A stretch of 56,044 nucleotides of DNA from Bacillota bacterium (GCA_050260815.1 JBLNCQ010000114.1:1-56044); one strand, 5' to 3'. Positions 1 through 11,724 are shown, counted from the stretch's first letter. The notes: generated by a model from the sequence alone, not told the origin. Translations and numbers: made by a program.

Positions 1-563
1 AGGACGGTGGGACGGTAGCCTGGCAGGTGCAGCTGGGCCGGATACTCGTACTCCAGCGTCTGGGTCTGAATGTCCTTCGGGATATCAATGAGCACCGGCC
101 CGGGACGGCCGGTGCGGGCGATGTGAAAGGCCTCACGGAAGACGCGCGGCAGGTCCTCAGGCCTCTGCACCAGGTAATTGTGCTTGGTAATCGGCAGGGT
201 GATGCCGGTCACGTCCGCCTCCTGGAAGGCGTCGCGCCCGATGAGGCGTGAGGTTACCTGTCCGGTGATGGCCACGACCGGGATGGAATCCATGTAGGCG
301 TTGGCCAGCCCCGTGACCAGGTTGGTGGCCCCCGGCCCTGATGTGGCCAGGCAGACGCCCACCTGCCCCGTGGCCCGGGCATAGCCGTCGGCCGCGTGCA
401 CCGCTGCCTGCTCGTGACGCACCAGGATGTGTTTGACCGAGGAGTCGAGGAGGGCGTCATAGAGGGGCAGCACGGCGCCGCCCGGGTAACCGAAGATGAC
501 GGAGACGCCCTCAGCCTCCAGGCAGCGCCAGACGGCCTGGGCCCCATTCAGGCGCTCACTCAC
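1..563 (-). CDS. ilvB: Acetolactate synthase large (catalytic) subunit, N-terminal ~187 codons; gene continues past the left edge
   Basis: Own reverse-strand translation from GTG at 563: [92 protein letters not shown].., the ThDP-enzyme N-terminal domain of AHAS. Absent from the ORF track because no stop lies in the window. GTGA start/stop overlap with ilvD at 560-563. Confidence 0.9.
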   Translation of the reverse strand, partial: MSERLNGAQAVWRCLEAEGVSVIFGYPGGAVLPLYDALLDSSVKHILVRHEQAAVHAADGYARATGQVGVCLATSGPGATNLVTGLANAYMDSIPVVAITGQVTSRLIGRDAFQEADVTGITLPITKHNYLVQRPEDLPRVFREAFHIARTGRPGPVLIDIPKDIQTQTLEYEYPAQLHLPGYRPTV

Positions 564-2368
564 GCCGCTCCCCCCTCCCGCGCCGCAGCCGCCGTCACCG
601 CCCTGGAAGCCTCCCCGACCGGAGCCGGCTCAGCCGCGCCAACGGCGGATGGCCGGAGAGCCGACGACTGGGACGCAGCCGAAACCACCGCGCCCCTGGC
701 TGCCGAACTTACGGACACGGAGTAGCGAGCGAGGTAGCCGCGGGTCTCCCGGGGCGGTGGGGGTGTCCAGCGGCGCCGCCTCTCCTCCAACTCAGCCGCC
801 TCCACCAGCAGCGTGAGCGAGCGTCCGGGGATGTCAATGGCGATGGTGTCGCCTTCGTGGATCAGGGCGATGACCCCGCCCTCCGCCGCCTCCGGGCTGA
901 TGTGGCCAATGGCCGCGCCGCGGGTGGCGCCGGAGAAGCGGCCGTCGGTGATAAGCGCCACGGAGCGGTCCAGCCCCATGCCCGCCAGGGCAGAGGTGGG
1001 CGTGAGCATCTCCCTCATGCCAGGGCCGCCGCGCGGGCCCTCGTAGCGAATCACCACCACGTCGCCGGGATCGATGCGCCGACCCATGATGGCAGCAACC
1101 GCGTCCTCCTCACAGTCAAAGACCCGGGCCGGCCCGCGGTGCTGCAGCATCGCCGGGTCGACGGCGCCGGCCTTGACCACGGCCCCGTCCAGGGCCAGAT
1201 TGCCCCAGAGCACGGCCAGGCCGCCCGTCCTCGAATACGGATCGGAGACGGGGCGAATGACCTCGCGGCGCCTGACGCGGGCCGCCTTGAGGTTCTCCTC
1301 CAGCGTCCTGCCGGTGACCGTAGGCACGGAGGTGTTCAGCAGGCCGGCATCCGCCAGTTCACGCAGCACCGCCTGGATGCCCCCGGCCTCATCCAGGTCC
1401 TGGGCGTGGTGCGGGCCGGCCGGCGAGAGCTTGCAGAGCTGCGGCGTGCGGGCGGCAACGGCGTCCAGGTCGGGGAGGCTGAAGGGCACCCCCGCTTCGT
1501 GGGCGATGGCGGTCAGGTGCAGCACCGTGTTGGTGGAACAGCCCAGGGCCATGTCCACGGTCAGGGCGTTCCGCACTGATTCAGGCGTGATCAGGTCGCC
1601 GATGCGGAGGTTCCTCTCCAGCAACTCCACAATCTTCATGCCCGCCTCCTTGGCCAGGCGCATCCGCGCCGAGTAGACGGCGGGGATGGTGCCGTTGCCG
1701 GGGAGGGCCAGGCCAATGGCTTCCGCCAGGCAGTTCATAGAGTTGGCCGTAAACATGCCGGCGCAGGAGCCGCAGGTGGGACAGGCGGACTCCTCTATGG
1801 CGCCCAGCTGCTCCAGGGTCATCAGGCCAGCCTGCACCGCGCCCACGGCCTCGAACACGTTGACCAGGTCGATGTCCCGGCCTTCATGCCGGCCGGCCAG
1901 CATGGGCCCGCCGGAGATGAGGATGGTGGGCAGGTTGACCCTGGCCGCGCCCATGATCATCCCTGGCGTGATCTTGTCGCAGTTGGGGATGAGCACCAGA
2001 CCGTCCAGGGCGTGGGCCTCCACCATGGACTCCAGCGAATCGGCTATCAGTTCGCGGCTGGCCAGCGAGAACTTCATCCCCCGGTGGCTCATGGCCAGCC
2101 CGTCGCACACGCCCAGCACGGAGAACTCCACCGGCATGCCGCCGGCGTCCCGCACGCCGGCCTTCACCGCCTCGGCGACAAGGCCAAGATGCATGTGTCC
2201 GGCCACCAGTTCCGACTTGGCCGAGACCACGCCGATGAGGGGCCTCTCCATCTCGGACCGGGTCCAGCCCAAAGCGCGCAGCAGGGAACGATGGGGGGCC
2301 CTTTCCACCCCCTCCTTGATGGCCGCCGAACGACGGGCCGGGGGTGCTGCCGCACGATCACCTTCCAT
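560..2368 (-). CDS. ilvD: Dihydroxy-acid dehydratase
   Basis: ORF 560..2542 trimmed to ATG 2368, preceded by GAGGAGGTGGAGACC. IlvD/Edd motifs present: [46 protein letters not shown]. Confidence 0.95.
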   Translation of the reverse strand: MEGDRAAAPPARRSAAIKEGVERAPHRSLLRALGWTRSEMERPLIGVVSAKSELVAGHMHLGLVAEAVKAGVRDAGGMPVEFSVLGVCDGLAMSHRGMKFSLASRELIADSLESMVEAHALDGLVLIPNCDKITPGMIMGAARVNLPTILISGGPMLAGRHEGRDIDLVNVFEAVGAVQAGLMTLEQLGAIEESACPTCGSCAGMFTANSMNCLAEAIGLALPGNGTIPAVYSARMRLAKEAGMKIVELLERNLRIGDLITPESVRNALTVDMALGCSTNTVLHLTAIAHEAGVPFSLPDLDAVAARTPQLCKLSPAGPHHAQDLDEAGGIQAVLRELADAGLLNTSVPTVTGRTLEENLKAARVRRREVIRPVSDPYSRTGGLAVLWGNLALDGAVVKAGAVDPAMLQHRGPARVFDCEEDAVAAIMGRRIDPGDVVVIRYEGPRGGPGMREMLTPTSALAGMGLDRSVALITDGRFSGATRGAAIGHISPEAAEGGVIALIHEGDTIAIDIPGRSLTLLVEAAELEERRRRWTPPPPRETRGYLARYSVSVSSAARGAVVSAASQSSALRPSAVGAAEPAPVGEASRAVTAAAAREGGAA

Positions 2369-2480
2369 GGTCTCCACCTCCTCGCTATCGATCCCCAGAC
2401 TCCTCGGGCGAACGGCCGTGGTTGTAGCAGGCCGTGATGTCCTGGGCCGCCCAGAAGGCAGGCTCATCCAGGGTCTCCGG

Positions 2481-2505
2481 AAAAACCCGCCAGGACTGGT
2501 CCTGG
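2481..2505 (-). terminator. Weak terminator-like hairpin inside the operon, between leuB and ilvD
   Basis: Minus strand reads CCAGGAC-CA-GUCCUGG followed by CGGGUUUUUCC, inside the 170-nt leuB-ilvD spacer. Confidence 0.3.
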
Positions 2506-2538
2506 TGCTGGGGCGCCGGTGCTTGGGTGGCCTCCGTC

Positions 2539-3711
2539 TCACGATTGGGCAAGGATCTCACCCCCCAACGCGGCTGCGGCAGCCTCCCGGGCCACCAGGT
2601 GACCCATATCCTGCGTGCCGACGATCCGGATCACCGCTTCCTTCCTGCGAGCGTCGCGACCTATGCCGCCTCCGGCGCCGGGGGCGGGGCCACGGGCCAG
2701 GTCCGGCGTGCGGCACCCCTGGGCCAGGACGCTGTCCACGGCAGATTCGATGGCTTCGGCCACCTCCGGCCAGCCCAGGGACAGGCGGCACATCAGGGCG
2801 GCGCTGAGGATGGCCCCCAGTGGGTTGGCCACGCCCCGGCCGGCGATGTCCGGCGCCGAGCCGTGAATGGGCTCATAGAGCCCGGGACCGCCGTCTCCCA
2901 CGCTGGCCGAGGGCAGCAGGCCAATGGAACCTGCCACGGCGGCTCCCAGGTCCGTGAGGATGTCGCCCATCAGGTTCTCCGTCACCATTACGTCAAAGGT
3001 AGCCGGCCACCGCACCAGTTCCATGGCGGCGGCGTCCACGTACAGGTGGCCGACCTCCACCTCCGGATATTCCCGGCTGACGCGTTCCACGGTCTCCCGC
3101 CAGTGGCGGGAGGTCTCCAGAATATTGGCCTTGTCAACGGAGGCGAGCCGCCGGCGCCTGCCCGCCGCCAAACGGAAGGCCAGACGGACCACGCGTTCGA
3201 TTTCGCCTTCGGTGTAGACCATGGTGTCGTAGGAACGAACCGGGGGGCCGTCACTGCGCCCCCGGGGGCCGAAGTAGAGGCCGCCTGTCAGCTCGCGCAC
3301 CACCAGCAGGTCGGCGCCCTCCAGCACCTCCGGGCGGAGAGGCGAGGCATCCCTGACGGCGGGAATCGCCCGAATGGGCCGCAGGTTGGCGTACACGCCA
3401 AGTCCGCTGCGAAGCGCCAGCAGACCCGCCTCGGGACGCCGCTCCGGCGGCAGGTCCCGATCCCACCGCGGGCCGCCCGCCGCGCCCAGCAGCACCGCGT
3501 CCGCCGACCGGCATCCTGCCAGCGTCGACTCCGGCAGGGGCACACCGGTCTGGTCGATGGCCTGGCCGCCAAAGGGAAGCAGGCGCCAGGACACCTTCTG
3601 ACCGGCCGCTTCCGCCGCGGCATCCACCACCCTGCGGGCCTCGCGAATGACCTCCGGACCGATGCCGTCCCCCTCCAGGACAGCGACGGTCCTGCCGTCC
3701 ACCCCGTTCAT
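2539..3711 (-). CDS. leuB: 3-isopropylmalate dehydrogenase
   Basis: ORF 2539..3897 trimmed to ATG 3711 (ATGA overlap with the leuD stop). Motifs [48 protein letters not shown]. Confidence 0.95.
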   Translation of the reverse strand: MNGVDGRTVAVLEGDGIGPEVIREARRVVDAAAEAAGQKVSWRLLPFGGQAIDQTGVPLPESTLAGCRSADAVLLGAAGGPRWDRDLPPERRPEAGLLALRSGLGVYANLRPIRAIPAVRDASPLRPEVLEGADLLVVRELTGGLYFGPRGRSDGPPVRSYDTMVYTEGEIERVVRLAFRLAAGRRRRLASVDKANILETSRHWRETVERVSREYPEVEVGHLYVDAAAMELVRWPATFDVMVTENLMGDILTDLGAAVAGSIGLLPSASVGDGGPGLYEPIHGSAPDIAGRGVANPLGAILSAALMCRLSLGWPEVAEAIESAVDSVLAQGCRTPDLARGPAPGAGGGIGRDARRKEAVIRIVGTQDMGHLVAREAAAAALGGEILAQS

Positions 3712-4265
3712 GACGCGGTCCCCAGTTGGCGGCGAGCGTAGGGGATCAGCCCGCCGGCAGCAACGATCTCCAGGACGAACTCCGGCAGGGGCCGGGCCTG
3801 GTACTCCGCCGAGCGGGTCAGGTTGCGGATGGCCCCGGTGGCAAAGTCCACCTCCAGTTCGTCGCCCGACTGGATAGCGGCCGCCGCCTCCGGGCATTCC
3901 AGTATGGGCAGGCCGGTGTTGATGGCGTTGCGGAAGAAGATGCGGGCGAAGGTCGGAGCAATCACCCCTGCCACCCCCGCTGCCTTGATGGCCATGGGCG
4001 CGTGCTCCCGCGAACTGCCGCAGCCGAAGTTGGCACCCGCCACGATGAAGTCGCCGGGCTGCACCCGGGAGGCGAAGGTGGAGTCTTCGTCCTCCATGCA
4101 GTGCTGGGCCAGGAAGGCGGGGTCATGGCGCGTGAGGTAGCGGGCCGGGATGATCCGGTCCGTGTCGATGTTCTCTCCGAAGACATGGGCCCGGCCGCGG
4201 AGCGCCACAGGCGCGGACGGCCCAACGGGTGTGGCGGGTCCGAAACGGCCGTCCTCAGGCGACAT
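3708..4265 (-). CDS. leuD: 3-isopropylmalate dehydratase small subunit
   Basis: ORF 3708..4484 trimmed to ATG 4265 (11-nt overlap with the leuC end). Motifs [29 protein letters not shown]. Confidence 0.9.
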   Translation of the reverse strand: MSPEDGRFGPATPVGPSAPVALRGRAHVFGENIDTDRIIPARYLTRHDPAFLAQHCMEDEDSTFASRVQPGDFIVAGANFGCGSSREHAPMAIKAAGVAGVIAPTFARIFFRNAINTGLPILECPEAAAAIQSGDELEVDFATGAIRNLTRSAEYQARPLPEFVLEIVAAGGLIPYARRQLGTAS

Positions 4266-5519
4266 GGCGCGCCACCTCCCGCGGGTGGGCGATGCGCCCG
4301 GTGATGGCCGTGGCCGCCGCAACAGCGGGTGAGGCCAGGTAGACCTCGGCCTTGGGATGGCCCATGCGGCCGGGGAAGTTGCGGTTGGTGGTAGAAAGGC
4401 ATCGCTCGCCCTCCGCCAGGACGCCCATGTGGCCGCCCAGGCAGGCGCCGCAGGTGGGTGTGGAGACGGCGGCTCCGGCCTCAAGGAAGACTTCCAGCAG
4501 GCCCTCGCGCATGGCCTGCAGGTAGACCCCCTGGGTGGCGGGGATGATCAGGCAGCGCACGCCGTCGTGGACCTTGTTCCCTCTGAGCAGGGAGGCGGCG
4601 ACACGCAGGTCCTCGATGCGCCCATTGGTGCACGAACCAATGAACACCTGGTCCACGGGGACGTCCCCCACCTCGCTGATGGGGCGGGTGTTTTCGGGCA
4701 TGAAGGGCAGAGCCACCTGTGGCTCCAGCCGGCTGACGTCGAACTCGTAGGTCCGGGCGAAGCGCGCGTCGTCGTCGCTGCGGTAGAGGCGAACCGGGAA
4801 CTGGGCCCGCTTGCGGAGATAGGCCAGGGTGATTTCGTCGGGCGAGATGATGCCGGACTTGGCCCCCGCCTCAATGGCCATATTGGCCACGGTCAGGCGC
4901 GCCTCCATGGACAGGGCGCGGATGGCGGGGCCGTCGAACTCCATGGCCGCGTACAGGGCGCCGTCGACGCCGATCTGGCCGATGAGATAAAGGATGAGGT
5001 CCTTGCCCGACACCCAGGGCCCCAATTTGCCGCGCAGGACAAAGCGGTGGGTCTCCGGCACCTTCAGCCAGATGGTGCCCGTGGCCATGGCTGCGGCCAT
5101 GTCGGTGGAGCCGACGCCGGTGGAAAAGGCCCCCATGGCCCCGTAGGTGCAGGTGTGGGAGTCCGCCCCGACGATGACCTGACCGGGAACGGTCAGGCCC
5201 TTCTCCGGCAGCAGGGCGTGCTCGATGCCCATGTCGCCCACGTCGTAGTGGTGGCGGATGCCCTGCTCCCGGGCAAAGTCGCGCATCTCCTTGGCCTGGG
5301 TGGCGGCGGCGATGTCCTTGTTGGGCGCAAAGTGGGAGGCCACCAGGGCCACCCGCTCCGGATCAAAGACGCGATCCACGCCGATCTTGCGGAACTCCTT
5401 GATGGCGACTGGCGCGGTTACGTCGTTGCCCAGGACCAGGTCCACCCGGCAGGTGACGATCTCCCCGGGCTCCACGGCGGGGCGGTCAGCGTGGGCCGCC
5501 AGGATCTTCTCCGTGATGG

Positions 5520-5529
<10 letters not shown>
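4255..5529 (-). CDS. leuC: 3-isopropylmalate dehydratase large subunit (short, about 420-aa type)
   Basis: [13 protein letters not shown].., [34 protein letters not shown] (aconitase family). The start is either GTG 5529 or ATG 5523; the latter gives an ATGA overlap with the leuA stop. Confidence 0.95.
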
Positions 5530-6686
<1,157 letters not shown>

Positions 6687-6767
6687 TACCTGGCAAGCCC
6701 CAAGTTCGATCTCCCCTTTCCGGACCTCCGGCCCGATGAAATCCGGTTCTCACGGTGTCCAGCGCAA

Positions 6768-7841
6768 TCAGTCCGCAGCCGTCTCCTGGGTTGTGGCGCG
6801 CTCTGCCACCTGCTGGGCGGGCGCCGCCGCATCCGTCCGGGCCCGGGCGCCCTTCGGCTGAAGCCAGGGCATCATGCCCCGGAGTTCCCGGCCCACGGCC
6901 TCGATGGGGTGCTCCGCCTCACGCCGCGCCAGGGCCTTGAAGGCGGGCCGGCCCACCTGGTTCTCCAGCAGCCACTCGCGGGCGAAGGCGCCGCTCTGGA
7001 TCTCCTCCAGGATCCGCCGCATGGCCTGGCGCGCGCTGTCCGCCACGACCCGCGGCCCGCGAGTCATGTCGCCGAACTCCGCGGTGTCCGAAATCGCGTC
7101 ACGCATGTGGGCCATGCCACCCTCGTACATGAGGTCGACGATGAGCTTGAGCTCGTGCAGGCACTCAAAGTAGGCCATCTCCGGGGCGTAGCCCGCCTCC
7201 ACCAAGGTCTCAAAGCCTGCCTTGACCAGCGACGTCATGCCGCCGCACAGCACAGCCTGTTCGCCAAAGAGGTCCGTCTCCGTCTCCTCCCGGAACGACG
7301 TGTGCAGCACGCCGGCGCGCGTGCAGCCAATGCCCCGGGCGTAGGCGAGGGCCGTTTGCTCCGCCTGTCCCGTTGCGTCCTGGTGTACGGCCACAAGGCC
7401 TGGCACGCCCTGCCCTTCCTCGTAGAGCCGCCTTACCATGTGGCCGGGGGACTTGGGGGCCACCATCCAGACGTCTACCTCAGGCGGCGGCGCCACCTGC
7501 CCGTAGTGCACGGAGAACCCGTGTGAAACCGCCACGGACTTGCCCGGCCTCAGGTGGGGCAGCACGTACTCCCGGAACACCGGACCGTGCTGCTCGTCAG
7601 GAAGAAGCAGCATGATCACGTCGGCGGCCGCCGCACTCTCCAGGGACACGACCCGCAGGCCGTCCGCCTCCGCCTGCCGCCGGCTGGGGCTGCCGGGGCG
7701 CAGGCCCACCACCACGTTGACCCCTGAGTCACGCAGATTCCGGGACTGGGCTCTCCCCTGGCTGCCATAGCCGATCACCGCCACGCGCCTGCCTGCCAGC
7801 AGAGACAGGTCGGCGCCGGCGTCGTAGGTAATTCGGCTCAT
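6768..7841 (-). CDS. ilvC: Ketol-acid reductoisomerase (class I)
   Basis: [56 protein letters not shown]. Confidence 0.95.
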   Translation of the reverse strand: MSRITYDAGADLSLLAGRRVAVIGYGSQGRAQSRNLRDSGVNVVVGLRPGSPSRRQAEADGLRVVSLESAAAADVIMLLLPDEQHGPVFREYVLPHLRPGKSVAVSHGFSVHYGQVAPPPEVDVWMVAPKSPGHMVRRLYEEGQGVPGLVAVHQDATGQAEQTALAYARGIGCTRAGVLHTSFREETETDLFGEQAVLCGGMTSLVKAGFETLVEAGYAPEMAYFECLHELKLIVDLMYEGGMAHMRDAISDTAEFGDMTRGPRVVADSARQAMRRILEEIQSGAFAREWLLENQVGRPAFKALARREAEHPIEAVGRELRGMMPWLQPKGARARTDAAAPAQQVAERATTQETAAD

Positions 7842-8353
7842 GAGACCTCCTCCTCCACGCGTTCCTGTTTCGTCAGGCGCTGTCCACGTTCCAGGGCCAC
7901 GGCCCCGGTGCGCACCACCTCCTTGATGCCGAACTCCCTCAGCATGGCCAGCAGGGCCTCCACCTTGTCGCCCGTGCCGCTGATCTCAACCACCAGCGTC
8001 CGCGGTCCCACGTCCACGACCCGTGCCCGGAAGATCTCCACGATCTGCAGAATCTGGGCGCGGCGGGAGGGCTCGGCGTTGACCTTCACCAGGGCCAGTT
8101 CTCGGGTCACCGCTTCCTGCGGGTCCAGGTCAGCCACCTTGAGCACCGGGATCAACTTGTTGAGCTGCTTGGTCACCTGCTCGACGGTGGCCTCGTCGCC
8201 CTCCACGCCGATGGTCATGCGGGAGAGCCCGGGCACCTCGCTGATTCCTACGGCCACGCTCTCAATGTTGAAGCCCCTGCGGGCAAAGAGCCCGGCCACG
8301 CGGGTCAGCACGCCCGGATGGTTTTCCGCCAGCAACGTCACCAGCCGCTTCAT
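7838..8353 (-). CDS. ilvH: Acetolactate synthase small (regulatory) subunit
   Basis: ACT-domain start [39 protein letters not shown] 8353 sits 7 nt after GGGGGGAGG (the ORF track starts at GTG 8359). ATGA overlap with ilvC. Confidence 0.9.
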   Translation of the reverse strand: MKRLVTLLAENHPGVLTRVAGLFARRGFNIESVAVGISEVPGLSRMTIGVEGDEATVEQVTKQLNKLIPVLKVADLDPQEAVTRELALVKVNAEPSRRAQILQIVEIFRARVVDVGPRTLVVEISGTGDKVEALLAMLREFGIKEVVRTGAVALERGQRLTKQERVEEEVS

Positions 8354-8422
8354 CTCCACGCCTCCCCCCTCTGTCCATGTGGTCGTCGCCTACCCGGGCC
8401 AGGCGGCGCCGGCCAAAAAGGC

Positions 8423-8495
8423 AATAAGAAAAAGACCCGCCGCGGCAAATTCTCTTTCCCTTGCAGTGAAAGGGGAGGAACTTGCCGCTGGGGTC
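8423..8495 (-). terminator. Intrinsic terminator acting as the expression platform of the ilv-leu leader
   Basis: Minus strand: GACCCCAGCGGCAA ... UUGCCGCGGCGGGUC, about 14 bp with one mismatch and one bulge, followed by UUUUUCUUAUU. It lies about 65 nt upstream of the ilvH start. Confidence 0.7.
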
Positions 8496-8605
8496 TTTTA
8501 CACCCACGGTGTACCCGCCTGACCAACAGGGGGCTGTACCGCTTGGACCAGACCGCCACCAGACGCGTGTGCGCGGCGTCCGTGGCGCGGAACCCTCAGG
8601 TACAC
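8488..8605 (-). ncRNA. Candidate ykkC-family riboswitch aptamer (subtype 2a, ppGpp-type, by context)
   Basis: Minus strand shows P1 GUGUACC (8599-8605) pairing with GGUACAC (8509-8515). It encloses CUGAGGGUUCCG, helix CGCGCCAC/GUGGCGG, hairpin GGACGC..GCGUCU and UCUGGUCCAAG, then GGGUGUAAAAGACCCC running into the terminator 5' arm. These match my recollection of the ykkC core (GGGUUCCG, CUGGUCCxAG, A-rich 3' hairpin). Confidence 0.55.
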
Positions 8606-8698
8606 TTCCGTTTTGCCCGTACCGGAAAACCTTGACGCTATTGGTTTCGGCTCGCTGCCCTTCTGGTGTGGACAGCTCCGGTGGCCGTGTTGGTCGGA

Positions 8699-9718
8699 TT
8701 ATACTACCAGTTTTGGAACCCTGACAAGGGGTCCGGCGGTGAAAGTGCGGCGGGCCATCATCTTGTCCGCCAGGACCATGGCGCCCCAGGGCGCTATCCG
8801 CGTGATCAGTACTTGACACGCCGCCCCGCGGCCCTGAAAGGCCTGAGCCATGGCCTGACCCACGCGGGAGGCGGCGCCCTCCGCCTCCGCCTGGGCACCC
8901 GGCCCGCCCGGCACCAGGGCCAGCACCGAGGGGCCGGAGCCGCTGAGGGCCGCGCCCGCGGCGCCGGCGGACTCGGCGGCGGCCAGGGCCTCCTCCAGGC
9001 CGGGCACCAGCGGGCGGCGGTAGGGCTGATGGAGCCTGTCGTGCATGGCCACCCGCAGCAGCTCCCAGCGGCCGGAGGCCAGGCTGGCGACCAGGAGGGA
9101 ACTGCGCCCCAGGTTGTGGACGGCGTCCTGCAGGGAGACCTGTTCCGGCACGCGCCGGCGCGCCTCCTCCGTTGGCACGTGGAAGTCGGGCACGGCCAGC
9201 ACCAGGTGCAGGGCCTCCGGCGGGCGGATGCTCTGATGGAAGACGCGGCCGTCCTCCCAGACGGCCACGGTGATGCCACCGTAGAACGCCGGTACGATGT
9301 TGTCCGGGTGCCCTTCCATTTCCGTGCCCAGGGCCACCAGGGCATCCAGGCCGAGGTTCGCCCCGGTCAGGCGGTCGGCGGCCAGAAGGCCGGCCACAAT
9401 GGCGGCGGCGCTGGAACCCAGCCCCCGCGTGATGGGGATGCCGTTGCGGATCAGGAGGCGCAGCCCCCTGGGGACGCGGGCTCCGCTCTCAGGGGCCCGG
9501 CCCTGCCGGATCCGCTCAAACACGCGCTGCGCCGCCCGAACAATGAGGTTCGACTCGTCGCGGGCAATCTCTTCCTGACCATCCCCCTCGACGCGGATGT
9601 CCAGGCCGGAAGGCGCCTCCTCCAGCGTGACCTCCAGACCGAAGTCCAGGGCCAGGCCCAGTGCGTCGTACCCCGGGCCCAGATTGGCGGACGAGGCGGG
9701 AACCCAAACCGTAACCAT
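8699..9718 (-). CDS. thrB: Homoserine kinase
   Basis: VPASSANLGPGYDALG, GIPITRGLGSSAAAIVAG (GHMP kinase motif), GAALSGSGPSV. Confidence 0.9.
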   Translation of the reverse strand: MVTVWVPASSANLGPGYDALGLALDFGLEVTLEEAPSGLDIRVEGDGQEEIARDESNLIVRAAQRVFERIRQGRAPESGARVPRGLRLLIRNGIPITRGLGSSAAAIVAGLLAADRLTGANLGLDALVALGTEMEGHPDNIVPAFYGGITVAVWEDGRVFHQSIRPPEALHLVLAVPDFHVPTEEARRRVPEQVSLQDAVHNLGRSSLLVASLASGRWELLRVAMHDRLHQPYRRPLVPGLEEALAAAESAGAAGAALSGSGPSVLALVPGGPGAQAEAEGAASRVGQAMAQAFQGRGAACQVLITRIAPWGAMVLADKMMARRTFTAGPLVRVPKLVV

Positions 9719-9745
9719 GGGCGTCGCTCCTTCCGGAATTCGATC

Positions 9746-10831
9746 CTACAGTCCCAGCGCCCGGGCTAGGGCGGGCACCTCCGGCCTGACTGGGGCGGGG
9801 CCGTCCGTCTCCGCCAGGGCCGTCTCCGGGTCCTTCAGGCCGTGTCCCGTGAGGACACACACCACGGTGGCGCCGGGGTCCAGCAGGCCGGAACGGGCCT
9901 GCTTCCGCACGCCGGCCAGCGAGGCCGCGGAGGCCGGCTCGGCAAAAACCCCTTCACTGCGGGCAAGCAGCCGCGAGGCCTCCAGAATCTCATCGTCCGA
10001 GACGGACACCAGGCTTCCCTGGGACTCGGCCACAGCCTGCAGGGCCAGGTGCCCGCTGGCGGGGCTGCCGATGCGGATGGCCGTGGCCACTGTCTCCGGC
10101 TTGGGAAAGGGGCGTCCTTCGGCCAACGGCGCGGCGCCGGCGGCCTGCACCCCCAGCAGCACCGGCAGCCGGCCCGTCAAGCCCGCCTCCCGGTACTGGC
10201 GGAACCCGCGCCAGTAGGCGGAGATGTTCCCGGCATTGCCCACGGGCAGCGCCAGGACATCGGGTACGTCCCCCAGCTGGTCCGCCAGCTCAAAGGCCGC
10301 CGTCTTCTGACCCTCCAGGCGAAGCGGGTTGACGGAGTTAACCAGCTCCACCTCCGGGTGCTCACCGGCCAGGGCGCGCACGGCCGCGAGCCCCTGATCG
10401 AAGTTGCCCTCCACCGGCACCAGCCGGGCACCGTGCATCAGAGCCTGGGCCAGCTTGCCCCGTGCCACCTGCCCTCCGGGAACAATCACGAAGCACGGCA
10501 GGCCGGCCCGCGCGGCATAAGCCGCGGCCGAGGCCGAGGTATTGCCCGTGGAGGCGCAGATCACGGCCTGCGCGCCGCGGCCCAGGGCCCCGGTCATGAC
10601 CACGGTCATGCCCCGGTCCTTGAAGGAGCCGGTGGGGTTGCACCCCTCCAGCTTGAGGTACAGCCGGATGCCCAGGGCGGCGCCCAGCCGGGGCGCCTCC
10701 ACCAGCGGGGTGTTTCCCTCCCGCAGGGTCACAACGCGCGCCAGGCCGTCCAGGGGAAGGAACGGTCGGTACCGCTCCACCACGCCCGGCCAGGCCGGGA
10801 ACTTCTGCGTTCTGGTATCCATCGGCGTCAT
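9746..10831 (-). CDS. thrC: Threonine synthase
   Basis: TLREGNTPLV, LEGCNPTGSFKDRGM (PLP lysine), ASTGNTSASAAAYAA, GNAGNISAYW. Confidence 0.95.
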   Translation of the reverse strand: MTPMDTRTQKFPAWPGVVERYRPFLPLDGLARVVTLREGNTPLVEAPRLGAALGIRLYLKLEGCNPTGSFKDRGMTVVMTGALGRGAQAVICASTGNTSASAAAYAARAGLPCFVIVPGGQVARGKLAQALMHGARLVPVEGNFDQGLAAVRALAGEHPEVELVNSVNPLRLEGQKTAAFELADQLGDVPDVLALPVGNAGNISAYWRGFRQYREAGLTGRLPVLLGVQAAGAAPLAEGRPFPKPETVATAIRIGSPASGHLALQAVAESQGSLVSVSDDEILEASRLLARSEGVFAEPASAASLAGVRKQARSGLLDPGATVVCVLTGHGLKDPETALAETDGPAPVRPEVPALARALGL

Positions 10832-10853
10832 GACAGGCCTCCCGCGCCCAGCT

Positions 10854-10874
10854 ATGTCCTTTCCAAGAGGACAT
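10854..10874. promoter_or_regulatory. Perfect 7-7-7 inverted repeat between the thrC promoter and start codon (candidate operator)
   Basis: ATGTCCT-ttccaag-AGGACAT, located downstream of the predicted -10 and 23 nt upstream of the thrC ATG. Confidence 0.35.
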
Positions 10875-10895
10875 TTGGCTTCTAGTTATGGACAC

Positions 10896-10924
10896 ATTAT
10901 ACGGGCCCGAGTGGCCCTCTGCAA
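10896..10924 (-). promoter_or_regulatory. Sigma-70/SigA-type promoter of thrC-thrB
   Basis: Minus strand TTGCAG (10919-10924), 17-nt spacer, TATAAT (10896-10901). Confidence 0.55.
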
Positions 10925-10956
10925 CAGGGGTAGACATAAAAAGGAGTCCGGGACGG

Positions 10957-10985
10957 AAAAAAGCCCTGCCGCCGTCCGGCAGGGC
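10957..10985 (-). terminator. Rho-independent terminator after the DoxX-like gene
   Basis: Minus strand GCCCUGCCG-GACGG-CGGCAGGGC followed by UUUUUU. Confidence 0.75.
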
Positions 10986-11015
10986 CATCGGGTCCAGAGA
11001 GCGGCAAGGGGCGGA

Positions 11016-11615
11016 TCAGGTGCCGCGGGCGGGCCGGCGCTGCCGAGCGGCGACCCCACCCTCCTCGCGCTCGTGCGGCCGCCAGGGGGTGCCGACCGCC
11101 GGCAGGAGCCAGCGGTCAAGGCCGTAGTACCCCGCCACCTTCCAGGCCAGGATGAGAAAGATCGAGATGGTGAACAACAGCGGGTTGGTGCTGGCGGAGC
11201 CGGCCATCATGAAGTTGAAGTTCATGAAGCCGCCCAGGAAAGCGGCAATGCCCGTGAACGCCCCCAGGAAGAGCAGCACGCCTACTGCCAGTTCACCAAA
11301 CACCACCAGTTTCGCAAACCAGCTGTACGAACCGGTGTCCAGCAGGTACTGGATGAAACTGCGGTACCAGTCGAAGGAGATGGGTGGCTTGGGTGAGGTC
11401 ACCACTGCTCTTGTCCAATAGGCCTTCAGCGCCTCGCCCGTCTGGGTCCAGGCCGGGTTGCCCAGTTTGTGGTAGCCGGCCACGAACCATTCATAACCCA
11501 GATACAGGCGGAGAACTAGCCACAACCAGGAGTAACGCGTCGTGTCGAAGAGGGCCTCGGCCCAGGGGGACCCCTGAACGGGAGGCCGCCCTCCTTCCCA
11601 TGGTCTGGTTGCCAT
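11016..11615 (-). CDS. DoxX/DoxD-like integral membrane protein
   Basis: Four predicted TM segments, with RLYLGYEWFVAGYHKL and FAKLVVFGELAVGVLLFLG resembling the DoxX family. Assignment is from remembered family features only. Confidence 0.65.
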   Translation of the reverse strand: MATRPWEGGRPPVQGSPWAEALFDTTRYSWLWLVLRLYLGYEWFVAGYHKLGNPAWTQTGEALKAYWTRAVVTSPKPPISFDWYRSFIQYLLDTGSYSWFAKLVVFGELAVGVLLFLGAFTGIAAFLGGFMNFNFMMAGSASTNPLLFTISIFLILAWKVAGYYGLDRWLLPAVGTPWRPHEREEGGVAARQRRPARGT

Positions 11616-11650
11616 TCGTCATGTCCCCTTTAGCAAAGATTAGCAACTCT

Positions 11651-11678
11651 ATTATAGATAAGGTCGGGGTTCAGGCAA
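11651..11678 (-). promoter_or_regulatory. Promoter of the DoxX-like gene
   Basis: Minus strand TTGCCT, 16-nt spacer, TATAAT, in an AT-rich patch. Confidence 0.5.
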
Positions 11679-11684
11679 AGGGCT

Positions 11685-11724
11685 AGGAGGAAACAAGGTC
11701 CATCCCTTACAGGATGGACCTTGT
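11685..11724 (-). terminator. Terminator ending the respiratory operon
   Basis: Minus strand ACAAGGUCCAUCC-UGUAAG-GGAUGGACCUUGU (13 bp) followed by UUUCCUCC. Confidence 0.7.

Noticed and set aside
8423-8698. T-box riboswitch as the ilv-leu leader, as in the Bacillus ilv-leu operon.
   Set aside because: The best T-box-like string (GGGUACACCGUGGG) lacks the UGGN/ACCGCG core, and I could find no Stem I or specifier features. The same nucleotides fit a ykkC-type P1/P3 arrangement much better. A covariance-model search is still needed.
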